Source of the DNA: a virus
Lineage: Duplodnaviria; Caudoviricetes
IMG/VR virus record: IMGVR_UViG_3300028043_000002
Coordinates: 1 to 57,880 of that record
Reading direction: 5' to 3' (one strand)
Length of the DNA stretch: 57,880 bases
In this document: positions 12,101 to 20,941 of the stretch, in pieces
Position numbering within the stretch: position 1 is the stretch's first letter
How the letters are laid out: the number at the start of each line of letters is the position of its first letter
The notes under the pieces: generated by a model
Seen by the model: only the letters and a program-made list of their open reading frames with translations
The model's database searches: none
Told to the model about the DNA's origin: nothing
Made by a program: the position numbers and the translations under genes

Positions 12101-13174
12101 GATATAGGGATTGAGCACCGTTTTAGCGCTTTTTCACACCCAAAAAGGGAAGTTTCGGTTTCTTTGGGGGTTGTTGATAGTGCTGCATACAACGAGCTGC
12201 AGCGAACCCTTATTCTGGGCTCCTCCCTTTCTGCGGTGCCGCTATGGGCCTTTAGTACTCCCCTTACAAGTGGCGCAACTGTGGGGGCCTCTCAAGTTTC
12301 TGTGGCAGACGTGTCAGAGTTCAGTGTTGATGACATTATTTTAATTGTTAGAGACTTGGATATTAACGCCTTTGACAACGCTGTTGTCACATCAATTTCT
12401 GGGACGACAAGTGGTACCTTATTTTTGAATGTCGAGCTAGAAAATGAATACCACGCACCTTCAGTGACAGATTTCATATATGACTCCTTAAGCACTCATG
12501 TGGCCCCCTGTGTTGTGGGTTCTGTAGAATTGGAAGAAGAAGATTTGTACGGCAACGCCTCCCTATTTTTAGTTAAAGCGCGGGTTGATGGCGGGGCGTG
12601 GCGGGGCGCAGTAATTCCAACCTCAATCTCAGACTTTTTGGAAAAACCTGCTGAACCGAAATATGCCAGCCCCAAAATTGAAAGGGACTTATTAGGTGAC
12701 ACTACTGGGGTCTTAGCACTACGTGCTTATGAAAGTTCATCAAGACTAAGTTTTACCCTAGATTGGCACTTTATTGATGATACGTGGAAAACGTTGCGGG
12801 ATGTTTTCTTTTATTCTCGAGGACGTTCAGCCACTTTCCGGATGCCCACTTGGAAATCTGAACTAAGAGTCAGAGCACAATCAGCTCAAGGCTCCTCTAC
12901 AATTACAGTAGACCCAGGCTTCGACAGGATTTGGCAAAGATTCAACACCCTTATGGTTGTACCTCGTTATGGTGATCCATTTATTGTTACCCTTGTTAGC
13001 TATACGGGCAACGAAACTTTTACCTTGAATGCCAGTCTACCAGTAACTATATACCCCGGAGATCAAGTCAGCATATGCCCCACAGTAAGGTTTTCAGAGG
13101 ACAACTTGGAGTTTGCCTTTAAAGGCAAAGATAAATGCACGGTTAGTGCAACCTTTTTAGAGGTGAGAAATTAA
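6119..13174 (+). CDS. Giant tail protein: internal repeated modules plus C-terminal distal-tail (Dit/DUF2460-like) domain
   Basis: 2351 aa; repeated W.D.D[IV]S..[IV]P modules and L.[IV]S.SL..P spacers; C-terminal FF..RGR...F..P.W...VRF..D.L.F. Confidence 0.7.
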   Translation: MGDSLKYWSRGKPLLKPSLNTSGLLYWNRGTPFTVLPMSSGGVEVSLETISASLSAQEPTILAYAGAVVSIDAALQVSCSLESPNVFFGQVFAVEGLTISGTLQAPTVGVFASCLPESLTVNMSLLGAAVQGGATATASGLTISCSLLNPALEYDFMVSMPPGLTISANQPSLNINLDLQFEVWGLNLSASQPAPEIHPGMSITQVGPVTGVFSLPTPSVAGELETIFTTVGVTVSSNMVGNALYRVWEDGTTPQASGWVFQDPRLVDPSRYNNLLDQWANCDLVTDYPPDTTMLLIQVTNTASNKDYTFGLRADACSETRTATVYRNTSEWLLVPVEFYNGTLIFEVYVDHASLSFYVVGRCRYTNWPGPDGSTYSADKSLSTTGSYQPINLSWRNDAQPNYKWLISNPSAKAALLAVNNTGNSSYQYAVRRPDFSYDYYYDIYQNTCQLAVVGLSTNHSFDMKIENANVDCYYIGQGGSDFRILSSGPQLLPATITYSAWVDFDISTYIESGSPPVVGAILQVYNSSGSSVKYNARKNSSTTAITSPIDFYAGCQKFIMVGVDSNKIFEIYQSATGINAYLVGYITAPVFAPGYFLLECTQGVPSPQPVPPGTGWVFPKTPIPNAGLARTQRFCSYTERRDLSGWQDGYNWFEYRPVRAQKVSRNCKSLITKWSGPDEEGTQQAGHRPIDGSDDFVSGGLNCANVQYTPLNADGKCEYSDAETWGPQIHPGHWILCYQQNNDYGLQTYVEKSNTATGWQTKTASEVADGADTAFLMFRNIAPATTWCAYFAEHADCTEYLGPFYGVQSCAWMWVTGINPSKQYDQFVSDLMMDTYLQGYGKGDVHAFAGTATDPRYELAITTVNIDTWKTYSADGIVPDGASGLLLYARYDDDYYGRFRVRIDEEDVSPPKYGCYGGIGHQLAVGLDYNMEFQVFIDSAFYITGEIYVMGYFMGSKRATLWTNPQPLQLGVFPPSPIEVQQSETLSWDGWVFPTNPINITAGLTITNVWATFDLGTNNFVPVNTTAIIFYMDHLTTHEEIRVVRPTGSTYNTLCKTDYVDFFPNLVKLDSNRCFQAYVENLSHQNFYVVAYTNRPVNTVDPWQTEYIAYNPGRVLEVDTSSYTSSSAKFLVLDVMVMTAGTIFGSCLPNEVISWSSAFTNYPGWQGTFGGVTGQSYHANVFAPSEGGKFEAYIGLGAGTTFNVLYWLDNEKFYAFRTPPAITAPKFNGWQDVDVSQWLPGDATGVLLESSYFGPNAEFRKNGATASYFDYNSSPQVVVGVDRYGIFEYNNKNSANVPHFYLLGYFRGYTAGGVDAFADYLTLQASLPALTINTVTKVYAEWPGVQISIPSASVRYGVSHDPNIVTAHLQNLEPDIILETLLEPAAFTLNISLYDPLIFEGMVTQDLALAVLDPLVEEGVGVDVAALTLNLSMLDATIFQAIPVDLQLATLLIQEPLIVIPKLYEIPDALQVTSSLETPNVYGKAVETPSVLDFTLTLPQPYLPDQIIGLSCFENSLNLQAPDIMADAIFEVVGLTVNSTLYTPNVAIIFPMSSALTVSSSLQSPTTYTEASSWVFPTTWTPLIGSWSWTEWNDVQLGSSFENVKGVILHARNSSSLEHTLTFRRTFSSAARQATSQIQPGTHLWYFVPVDSNRKFDMYCSSQDIGPNEDIDIRIVGYCFSNIFLADDIDKSVSTAGTYQTVTFDDSGILADATGVFLELHNSGTSGVNQWAIRKFGTTYDSYYRGQGHNAQMIVAPVDSQRRSEMKVSSTDIDIWAWGSLATDCSFFSSPIALNLSNTSTWTDVDVSSYVPSDTIAVLLELINSSTDSVTMHVRKKGSADFSSDTSALQIPPSNHIHAFVGLNSSKVFQIIRPSTAYTIYLLGYVLGGSRQYLPMPLELGFSQPVLSFVGPPSLTVMVDTNYVSFYGAGVTSGISRTLDAAYPPVDPTIYVEYIGADTAVLHSFGAGSDFSEGGDTFACEITYSFSSDVAVTDIGIEHRFSAFSHPKREVSVSLGVVDSAAYNELQRTLILGSSLSAVPLWAFSTPLTSGATVGASQVSVADVSEFSVDDIILIVRDLDINAFDNAVVTSISGTTSGTLFLNVELENEYHAPSVTDFIYDSLSTHVAPCVVGSVELEEEDLYGNASLFLVKARVDGGAWRGAVIPTSISDFLEKPAEPKYASPKIERDLLGDTTGVLALRAYESSSRLSFTLDWHFIDDTWKTLRDVFFYSRGRSATFRMPTWKSELRVRAQSAQGSSTITVDPGFDRIWQRFNTLMVVPRYGDPFIVTLVSYTGNETFTLNASLPVTIYPGDQVSICPTVRFSEDNLEFAFKGKDKCTVSATFLEVRN

Positions 13175-13321
13175 ATGGAAAAAATGGTTCGCCGCAGAGG
13201 AGACAAATGGGTTGTTCTTGATTCAACCGGCAAACGAGTTCTCGGAACACATAACACCAAACAAGATGCTTTGCGTCAATTAAGGGCGATTGAGGCGCAC
13301 AAGCACGGAAAGAAGAGGTAA
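13175..13321 (+). CDS. Small basic phage protein (48 aa, not in the ORF track)
   Basis: MEKMVRRRGDKWVVLDSTGKRVLGTHNTKQDALRQLRAIEAHKHGKKR; GAGGTG RBS; G.H.T..A..QL.AIE motif seen in phage morphogenesis regions. Confidence 0.7.
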   Translation: MEKMVRRRGDKWVVLDSTGKRVLGTHNTKQDALRQLRAIEAHKHGKKR

Positions 13322-13324
13322 ATT

Positions 13325-13786
13325 ATGCCCCGGAAAAATGATTCTATCCAGCAAAGTGCGTTTGGTATTTTTGAACCCTTTATCATCACATCTTCAGACA
13401 AAACTCCAGTTCATGAGGAGGTCTTTACCCCCCTAGAACCTGAAGTAATCGTTTCTTCGGAGGATGAATCTTCCAAAGAATTTCTTGATAAGGAGTTTGT
13501 GAGCATTCATGACCGCATCACTGAGCTTTTCTATAAGCGCAAGACGATGACGACAGAGGAGTTTGAATCCTTACACTCTGCGTGTTGGCTTTATCACCAA
13601 AAAGCTTTGATTGAGCATGGCCACGAAAAAGACTATTCGGTGCAGGAGGAACTTTGGCACCCACCGAAAACCCGCTTGGATGAAATAAATGAAATGCTCG
13701 GCAACTTGAAGCTGCGCAAGGAGGATTGGCATAAACACGGATGCCATGATCCTAATAAATTCTTACCTCAAAAAGGCAAACCTTAA
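13325..13786 (+). CDS. Hypothetical protein
   Basis: 153-aa ORF with GAGG RBS, in operon. Confidence 0.6.
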   Translation: MPRKNDSIQQSAFGIFEPFIITSSDKTPVHEEVFTPLEPEVIVSSEDESSKEFLDKEFVSIHDRITELFYKRKTMTTEEFESLHSACWLYHQKALIEHGHEKDYSVQEELWHPPKTRLDEINEMLGNLKLRKEDWHKHGCHDPNKFLPQKGKP

Positions 13787-13810
13787 CATATCCCACCTCT
13801 TCAAAGAAAA

Positions 13811-13835
13811 AGGGGAGAGGTACTTCCTCTCCCCT
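13811..13835. terminator. Perfect 10-bp hairpin, probable terminator
   Basis: AGGGGAGAGG-TACTT-CCTCTCCCCT, intergenic; A-tract on the left gives a U-tract on the minus strand. Confidence 0.55.
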
Positions 13836-13954
13836 CCTACCCTTCTCAACTGCAGAAACCTTACAAATTACTAAAGAACCTCCCCTTGAAATGGGCAAAA
13901 TGGAAAGAGACTCATCAAAGTAAAAATAGATTATAAAATCTAGGAGGCCTTCTC

Positions 13955-14380
13955 ATGGCAAGTGTTGTTTACAACATCTTCAAGCAAAAAGTTATGACGG
14001 GTGAGGTCGACCTCGATACCAACTCACTAAAGTGTATGTTAGTCACCTCTTCGTATTCCCCTAACATTGACACTCACACTAGCTATCGTGATGTGACCAA
14101 CCAAGTTACTGGAACGGGGTATACTGAGGGGGGTGCGTCGTTAGCGGGAGTTACTGTTACTAGGGATCTCACGAACGATTTGGGCAAGTTCGATGCTAAT
14201 GATGTTACCTGGACCAACAGCACACTGACGGCGAGAGGAGCAATTCTCTACAGGTCAGACCCGTCGGATGAAACCACTCGGTGGTTGATTTGTTACTTTG
14301 ACTTCACGACTGATAAGTCAAGCTCGAATGGCGACTTCACTATTCAGTGGAATGCTAACGGCATCTTGAACTTGTCTTAA
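13955..14380 (+). CDS. Virion structural protein (tail/fibre-associated family)
   Basis: DLDT...KCMLVT..Y.P....H....DVT..VTGTGY..GG...DANDVTW...T.TARGA...LI.YFDF, a widespread phage structural pattern; AGGAGG RBS. Confidence 0.75.
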   Translation: MASVVYNIFKQKVMTGEVDLDTNSLKCMLVTSSYSPNIDTHTSYRDVTNQVTGTGYTEGGASLAGVTVTRDLTNDLGKFDANDVTWTNSTLTARGAILYRSDPSDETTRWLICYFDFTTDKSSSNGDFTIQWNANGILNLS

Positions 14381-14381
14381 A

Positions 14382-14660
14382 GTGAAGAGGAAGTACTATA
14401 ACTTTATGAACGCGGACAAGCGAGGTAATGGGCTGGTTTTTACTCAAGAAGAAAGTGAGCCCAGAAACCCCCGAGCTTTACGAAGAGCGCTTGAGAAAAT
14501 TGGAGTTGGCTGTTTCGCTTTTGAGGGCCAAAACCAAGGAGCAAGAAGCTCTTATTCAAGCGCTGCTAAATCGGGCAATTGCGTCAGAGGCAGCCTGGGG
14601 GGTTTGAAGAGGCACTATGAGGGCACCGAAAAAGAGGTGCAAGGTGTGAAGTCTCGCTAG
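14382..14660 (+). CDS. Hypothetical protein
   Basis: 92-aa ORF in operon; weak support. Confidence 0.35.
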   Translation: MKRKYYNFMNADKRGNGLVFTQEESEPRNPRALRRALEKIGVGCFAFEGQNQGARSSYSSAAKSGNCVRGSLGGLKRHYEGTEKEVQGVKSR

Positions 14661-14666
14661 AGGGAG

Positions 14667-14897
14667 ATGATCATGGAATCGAAGGAGTGGTACGAGTCAA
14701 AAGAGTTGTGGACTTTTGTGGTTTCATTCATTGCTGGAGCTCTACAAAAGTATTTTAATTACGAAGTAATTGATCCGGTGCTACAAGCCCAACTTACTGG
14801 ACTGATTATTGTACTGCTGCGGCTGTTTTTCACTGATTCACCAACGTCGCTCAATTTGAAGTTGCGTTACGGACCTGAGAATCGCGATGACTCTTGA
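14667..14897 (+). CDS. Holin-like membrane protein
   Basis: K.W..SK..W start and two TM segments. Confidence 0.6.
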   Translation: MIMESKEWYESKELWTFVVSFIAGALQKYFNYEVIDPVLQAQLTGLIIVLLRLFFTDSPTSLNLKLRYGPENRDDS

Positions 14898-15120
14898 AGG
14901 TGCGAAGCAGCACTTTTACTTGAGGGCGACATTTGGGTGTAAGGTGTGCGGAGTCCAATCTGCGAAGGTTTTCGCAGGTAGCGACTACTGCCTTTTGGTG
15001 GAGCAAATTGCAAAGTGCACTTGTGAAGTTTGCAAACGCCTTAAGGGGGGCGAGCTTGACGTTTTAAGTGTCGTTGAGCTACCAATTCAACATCTAGAGG
15101 AGTTTATGGTCTGGGCGTGA
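14887..15120 (+). CDS. Small Cys-rich (Zn-binding) protein
   Basis: CKVC and CTCEVC motifs; overlaps neighbours. Confidence 0.5.
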   Translation: MTLEGAKQHFYLRATFGCKVCGVQSAKVFAGSDYCLLVEQIAKCTCEVCKRLKGGELDVLSVVELPIQHLEEFMVWA

Positions 15121-15482
15121 CTAAACTGCAAAGGCGTGCGTTTCGGGGTCTTTCGGGGCTCCTTTTTCTCTCTGTTGTCCAACTAGTTTTGAACCTAGTG
15201 GTTTGGGCAGCAGAAGTGAAGCCCGTGATCTCTCCCTCCCCCACTGAAACTTTCAGTGTTCTTAACATCGTCCCTCTCGCAAACATGGGAATCGGCGCAA
15301 TTATTGCGATTTTATTGATCTGGTCTATTTATCCAGTTATCACCCGTAACACAGAAACTCTGCGTGAGATTGCAACGACTTTAAATGTGATGTCTAGCAA
15401 CAATTTATTGCTCGCCCAAAAGTTGTTAGACGTCATTGAAAGGCAATCATTTCTCATCCGGGGACAAGGAGGTGACCGATGA
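15117..15482 (+). CDS. Membrane protein (holin/antiholin-like)
   Basis: Two TM helices followed by a coiled-coil-like C-terminus. Confidence 0.55.
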   Translation: MTKLQRRAFRGLSGLLFLSVVQLVLNLVVWAAEVKPVISPSPTETFSVLNIVPLANMGIGAIIAILLIWSIYPVITRNTETLREIATTLNVMSSNNLLLAQKLLDVIERQSFLIRGQGGDR

Positions 15483-15889
15483 AAGTCGTTAACCTACACT
15501 ACCCACATAAGGACCTTGTACCGTCAATAGTACGCCAACGATGTATTGTGGAAGCTGCTGGCTGCAAACAGGACATTGATGACATGAATTCTATCCATCA
15601 CTTTTTGGAGCACTTGTGCTTAGTTTTGAATATGGTCCCCATGTCAGCGCCCATGGTCCTGAGAGTGCCTATCTTACGGCAGCATGGTAATAATCCTGAT
15701 GACTACGGAGTTTCTGCTGTCCAGATTTGGATGGAAAGCGGTGTTACTATGCACACATGGCCCGAGCTCGGCTTCATCGATATTAATGTTGAAACTTGCA
15801 AACCTTTCAATCCTGCAAAAATTGGTGAATTGGTTAACGCTTTTTTTGATGCTACTGACGTACAAATTACTAACATCCAAACGTCTTAG
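15479..15889 (+). CDS. speD: S-adenosylmethionine decarboxylase proenzyme family protein
   Basis: GVSAVQIWMESGVTMHTWPELGFIDINVETCK matches the class I AdoMetDC G.S.....ES...HTWPE....D..TC signature with the E/S self-cleavage site. Confidence 0.85.
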   Translation: MKVVNLHYPHKDLVPSIVRQRCIVEAAGCKQDIDDMNSIHHFLEHLCLVLNMVPMSAPMVLRVPILRQHGNNPDDYGVSAVQIWMESGVTMHTWPELGFIDINVETCKPFNPAKIGELVNAFFDATDVQITNIQTS

Positions 15890-15900
15890 AGGGACGTGAC

Positions 15901-17700
15901 GTGGCAAACAGATTTGATGATGATTCTTCATGTAAGGCACTGTGGCGGTTCGAATCCGCAGAGGCTCTGTTGGTTGACTCGAAAAGCACCAATACTTTAA
16001 CCGCAGTTGCAGGGGCTACAGTAAACACTAGTGACTACAGAGAGGGAGTTGGGGCAGCGGATTTAACTCGAGCTAGCAACCAATACTTCAATATTACTGA
16101 TGCTAACCTGGCCAGCGGCTTCCCATTCAAGTCATCCGAAAGTAATCGGGTAGCTACCTTCTGTTGCTGGGCAAAATGGGACTCGTTAGGTGTAGTGAAC
16201 CAAGGTATAATGGGGAAGTTGCAGGTGGCAAACTCTTGTGGCGCTTATATGTACAACAGCAAGATTTACTTAGATTGGAATGCGAGTTGGCAAGACACAG
16301 GAATCACCCTTTCTACCGGTATCTGGTACCATATTGCTTGCAGGATGGATGGGCCTAACGGTGACTCAGATGTGCGTATTTACCGCGCTAGTGATGGGCA
16401 GATCTTTACTTATGCCAAGACGAACTGGGCTGTTCTAGGTTCTTGCACTGCGGACTTTCGGGTAGGCACATTCAACACTGCCACAAATAACTGCTTCGAC
16501 GGCATCATTGATGAAGCTGTAGTCTTCAATCGTTTACTTACTGATGGTGAAATTGACTTGATCAGGCTGGGTGAGTTTGGGTGGCCCACTACGATTAACG
16601 CTTCGTTAATAAATGCAACAGCCTCCCTACCCTTCCAAAATTACGTAGGGCCTCATACACCCTCAATCTTGTTTATGTGTGGTTGGGAGCTAGGAGAACC
16701 CTGGTCTGGGTGGGACTCATATTCTCTGTCATCCACAGATATTTGTTCGTCAGCTCTATTTCGTAGTGGGCGGTTTTGTTTGTTGATGACCAACTCCACC
16801 TCTTATTTACGTAAATCAATTCATTGGCAGTCGGAATTGTACATTCAAGTTGCCCTCTTCTGGTCAGGAGCTACTCCTGCATCAGGTAAATATCTACGAT
16901 GGATGAAAGGTGCAACCGTTTTAGGGACCTTGAATGTTGATGCCAATGCAAAACTGTGTGTATACACGGGTGATGGTGCATCTTTGAAAGCTACTGGTAA
17001 TACCGTGTTACTGCGGGATATGTGGTATGTTGTGGAGTTGCACCTCACTATTTCGGATTCCGGAGTTTTTGAGGTACGCTTAGATGGGGTATCTGAAATT
17101 TCTTGGTCGGGAGATACTCAACCTGGTAGTGATACTGATATCGACACCGTCGAGTTGAATTGTCCTACAAATAATGACGTTTACTATGATGACTTTTTTA
17201 TAATCACTCCAAGTGGCTATACCGACCTCACATGGGCCGATAGAGCGCGGATTGCTTATTTGCCGCCAACTGGGGATGATACCACGAATTGGAGTAGTTC
17301 ATATGCTTTACCAAGTACGAAACATTTTTGGGGTATGCAAGATTTGATGGCCATGGACAGACGTTCATACTTATACACTACAACTGCCGATGTGGTGGAG
17401 AAGTTCAATTTGGCCAACTGTCCCGTAGGGGCTAATCAAAAAATTTTAGCAGTGCAGGCCAGCGCTCATTTCGTCAGCCCCTCTTCTACTCCAGGAGCAT
17501 CTGCACAGCTGTTTTTGATCAGTGGGGCTACCACACACACTGCGGACGCTAAATACGTCACCCCAGGAATTACTCCAGGAGTTTCAGAAGACTCGTCGAC
17601 CGTGCATTTATATACTTGGGAAGTTAATCCAGCGAGTAGCTCCGATTGGACGGCGGCAGAAATTGACGGCCTAGTTTTGGGGTTTAAGAAAGTTGGCTAA
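15901..17700 (+). CDS. LamG/concanavalin-domain tail fibre or virion protein
   Basis: ALWRFE, WYHIA and FDGIIDEAVVFNRLLT LamG motifs; GTG start. Confidence 0.8.
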   Translation: MANRFDDDSSCKALWRFESAEALLVDSKSTNTLTAVAGATVNTSDYREGVGAADLTRASNQYFNITDANLASGFPFKSSESNRVATFCCWAKWDSLGVVNQGIMGKLQVANSCGAYMYNSKIYLDWNASWQDTGITLSTGIWYHIACRMDGPNGDSDVRIYRASDGQIFTYAKTNWAVLGSCTADFRVGTFNTATNNCFDGIIDEAVVFNRLLTDGEIDLIRLGEFGWPTTINASLINATASLPFQNYVGPHTPSILFMCGWELGEPWSGWDSYSLSSTDICSSALFRSGRFCLLMTNSTSYLRKSIHWQSELYIQVALFWSGATPASGKYLRWMKGATVLGTLNVDANAKLCVYTGDGASLKATGNTVLLRDMWYVVELHLTISDSGVFEVRLDGVSEISWSGDTQPGSDTDIDTVELNCPTNNDVYYDDFFIITPSGYTDLTWADRARIAYLPPTGDDTTNWSSSYALPSTKHFWGMQDLMAMDRRSYLYTTTADVVEKFNLANCPVGANQKILAVQASAHFVSPSSTPGASAQLFLISGATTHTADAKYVTPGITPGVSEDSSTVHLYTWEVNPASSSDWTAAEIDGLVLGFKKVG

Positions 17701-20700
17701 CGATTTTTCTGGCGACAGCAACATTTATGCTCATTGGCGGTTCGAACCTGGTGGCTTAACCACCGACTCCAAAAGCACCAATCACTTAACTGCCTACAAC
17801 TCTCCCGCCGCAGAAACTAGTGATTACATGGAAGGCACAGGCTGTGCTCGGCTTAATATGCGCCAAACGCAATATTTTGGTATCACTGACGCCAACCTGG
17901 TTTCTGGCTTTCCCTTAAAATCTAACGACACCACAAAAACCATGTCACTATCTGCGTGGTTCAAATTTGAAAGTTTTCAAAACCAATCCTACCAAGACAT
18001 TATCAGTAAATGGTCTTCTACTCAATCACGCCAATGCTTTTTGCTGCGGATGTATTCCTTTGTCAGTTTGCAGCGTCTTTATTTTTACTGGAAATACAAC
18101 AATACGACAGGTAATTACGCCCTTGACACTGGAGCAACGGTTGACGTCGGTAAGTGGTATTGGGTAGGAATTCGTATCGATGGAGTTAATAGGTGGCTAC
18201 GGATTTATCTTTTTGACCGCGAAACCAAAACAATGACCTATTATAATACGCAACCTGGAACTGCACTATACATGGGAGCTGCAGATCTTTGTTTTGGGGC
18301 TCAAGAAGATAGTACAACATATGCTTTTCATGGCTTAATTGATGAGGTTGTGGTTTCTAATTACTATACCAACAGCTTTGACAAATTGCAGCTCATGCGC
18401 GAACAGCGTTATTCAGGTACAGGCACTGGCTTGATTGTCACCAATGACTACTCCGGAGATAGCCGCGTGAAGGCTCACTGGCGATTCGAGCCCGCGGGTT
18501 TGACCACGGATTCAATAAGCACTAACCACTTGACTGCAAGTGCAAGTAGCCCCACTGCAGCTAGTAGCTACCATGAAGGTTCAGGTGCCGCGGATTTTGA
18601 GGATAGTAATTCTCAGTGCTTCTATCGTTTGGATAGTGACCTTGCCGCTGGGTTTCCCCTTAAATCGGGTGACACTAAAAAACAATTTTCCGTGTGTTTC
18701 TGGATGAACCTCGAAACCCTTCCAGGATCTGGTAACTGGGATTGTATAATTTCAAAATATGATTCTACTGCAGGCAAGCGATCTTTTTGGGCGGGCATGT
18801 ACTACAACCGTTTTACAGTTCTGTGGGGCTACTCAAGCGGTGCTAGTCAATACCAGTATGACTACTTATACGGTGCTGCCTACTGGGGGGTTGGTCAGTG
18901 GTATCATGTAGGCATTACAATTGATGGAGTTGCAAAAATACTGTACGTGAAAATCTGGGATGAGGTTTTGCAAAAGGTCGTAGCTAATACGCTTAGTAAG
19001 CCTGCAAGTGAGTTATACATTAATGATGTGCCCTTAATGATTGGTGCGAGTTCGAATGTGTGGCCAACCGTTACCAATTACTTCGACGGCATTATCGATG
19101 ATGTGGTAGTTTTTGATCGAGTTTTAACTTCTGGTGAAATTGATGCCATCAGGGAAGGGCGCTTCGCTTCAACTCACCAAGCTCTCCAAGTGCAGAGAGT
19201 GGGAGCACAGGTTGCCTACAGATCAGCAAACCATCGCAACATTTTTTGTGTCCGACCGGAAAGAGGCTGCAACACCAATACCGGAGCTAGTTGGGATCAG
19301 GCCCTCACGTCCTGGAAAGTTCCTTTCAGTACCGATGATATTGTGCTATATGAAAAATGTGAAGAATCTAGTCAGTCAGGTACGGCAACAGCCACCAACA
19401 ATAGTCGTACAGTTAACACAACCGCGGACTTGACCAGCGCTTGTCCTCAACATACTGTCATCAGATTTGATGCAGATGATGACATACATTTAGTCAGGTC
19501 TGTAACTTCCAACACTATCTCCTTGTACAGACCTTATAGGGGAACGACTGGGTCCGGAAAAACTGTGAAAAAGCTGGCACGTTATAGGGCTACTGCTGAG
19601 ACGGCGATGACTCCAGGTTGGGGAAGTGCTAGACCTGGCCAGACAGTCGAGATAAGGGGGGGAGCAAATGTCAGTACCAGCCAAATTGATGGCTTTACAG
19701 TTTTCGACCTTTATACGGGCTCGGCGGGCTTAGATTCCCCATTCACCTTTTCAAACCTTAGTAACTTTAAGTTGTCACGGATGGGTATGTATGGGGGCCA
19801 ATACCCCTTCAATTTTTCTTCTTGTCGCAACGTTCATCTCGAGCGGTGTTATAACTTTCGAGGATACTTTATATATAGCCAATTTAATTTTTCTTCCGGT
19901 TGCACTGACTTCGTGCTTGACAGAGTTTTTGCGGAGGCCTTGACACATTCAAGCGACTATTCACACTTCACCTTCAGTGCTTGTGGCCGTTTTACTTTTT
20001 TTGATTGTGAGTCGTGGCATGGTGAAACCGGAAATTACTCTCTTAATTTTTCTGGTTTTTCAGCCGACTTTACTTTTACCCGTTTTCGGCAAGGGCATGC
20101 CCTTGCCGGCATAAAACCTGACTATATTCGCAACATCACGTTCATTGACAGTGAGTTCGGCGCTGATACAGGTAATTCCACCGGCGATATTTATTTTGTC
20201 GTGAACCCGTGCTCATACGTGGATCTCGCTTTTATAAACTCGAAGTTTTACTCTACTAACCTTTTCAACACCTCCTCTACCTACTTTAGCTATGGGACAG
20301 TTGCTTTTGAGAAATTCAACCAAGTTGACACTGATCACCGAGTTTATCACCTATCGGGCATCTATATACCACAGCGAGTAGCTACTGCCGATCATAGAGC
20401 TCTGGTAAGCGCGGACTACTCTACTTATAGGACGGCAGCCCCCGCCTCAAAAATTGCCTTCACTGCAGGCTGCCGATTCCCTATCCCACAGACTTTCCAG
20501 GTGCCCTGCGACGCTAACACTTATAGGACAATTTCGGTTTACATGCGAAAAAACAGTGCCTATGGTAGCCTTGCCGCACCCGGCAATTACTTACCGTTCA
20601 TGAAGTTGAGGTACCCCACACTGATTGCAGGGGTGACGACTTTCACCGAGACAACCGCAACTATGCCCGACACTATTGACACCTGGTCTCTTGTGTCGGC

Positions 20701-20803
20701 AGGTATCACGCCATGCTCAACGGGAGCTATTGAAGTGGAGATGTCGTTTTGGACCGTTAATCCAGGGGCGATTGTGTGGTATGACGACTTTAGCGTCGCG
20801 TAG
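17693..20803 (+). CDS. Tail fibre/spike with two LamG domains and a probable beta-helix
   Basis: Two AHWRFE...G.IDEV/DDV LamG units, then F.FS.C..F repeats typical of right-handed beta-helices. Confidence 0.8.
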   Translation: MANDFSGDSNIYAHWRFEPGGLTTDSKSTNHLTAYNSPAAETSDYMEGTGCARLNMRQTQYFGITDANLVSGFPLKSNDTTKTMSLSAWFKFESFQNQSYQDIISKWSSTQSRQCFLLRMYSFVSLQRLYFYWKYNNTTGNYALDTGATVDVGKWYWVGIRIDGVNRWLRIYLFDRETKTMTYYNTQPGTALYMGAADLCFGAQEDSTTYAFHGLIDEVVVSNYYTNSFDKLQLMREQRYSGTGTGLIVTNDYSGDSRVKAHWRFEPAGLTTDSISTNHLTASASSPTAASSYHEGSGAADFEDSNSQCFYRLDSDLAAGFPLKSGDTKKQFSVCFWMNLETLPGSGNWDCIISKYDSTAGKRSFWAGMYYNRFTVLWGYSSGASQYQYDYLYGAAYWGVGQWYHVGITIDGVAKILYVKIWDEVLQKVVANTLSKPASELYINDVPLMIGASSNVWPTVTNYFDGIIDDVVVFDRVLTSGEIDAIREGRFASTHQALQVQRVGAQVAYRSANHRNIFCVRPERGCNTNTGASWDQALTSWKVPFSTDDIVLYEKCEESSQSGTATATNNSRTVNTTADLTSACPQHTVIRFDADDDIHLVRSVTSNTISLYRPYRGTTGSGKTVKKLARYRATAETAMTPGWGSARPGQTVEIRGGANVSTSQIDGFTVFDLYTGSAGLDSPFTFSNLSNFKLSRMGMYGGQYPFNFSSCRNVHLERCYNFRGYFIYSQFNFSSGCTDFVLDRVFAEALTHSSDYSHFTFSACGRFTFFDCESWHGETGNYSLNFSGFSADFTFTRFRQGHALAGIKPDYIRNITFIDSEFGADTGNSTGDIYFVVNPCSYVDLAFINSKFYSTNLFNTSSTYFSYGTVAFEKFNQVDTDHRVYHLSGIYIPQRVATADHRALVSADYSTYRTAAPASKIAFTAGCRFPIPQTFQVPCDANTYRTISVYMRKNSAYGSLAAPGNYLPFMKLRYPTLIAGVTTFTETTATMPDTIDTWSLVSAGITPCSTGAIEVEMSFWTVNPGAIVWYDDFSVA

Positions 20804-20941
20804 TTTATTGACTCTTTTTTCACCCCTTTTTTATCTTTTGGGTCATAACTTAAGGGCGAAAAAAGCCTTGAAAAGCCTGGATATAACCCCCCGAAATTGT
20901 GACAAATGCGAGCCGTTTTTACCCAGGGTGAAGGTGAATTG

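Noticed and set aside
2416-20803. Diversity-generating retroelement or invertible fibre cassette
   Set aside because: No reverse transcriptase, invertase or near-identical TR/VR pair was seen.
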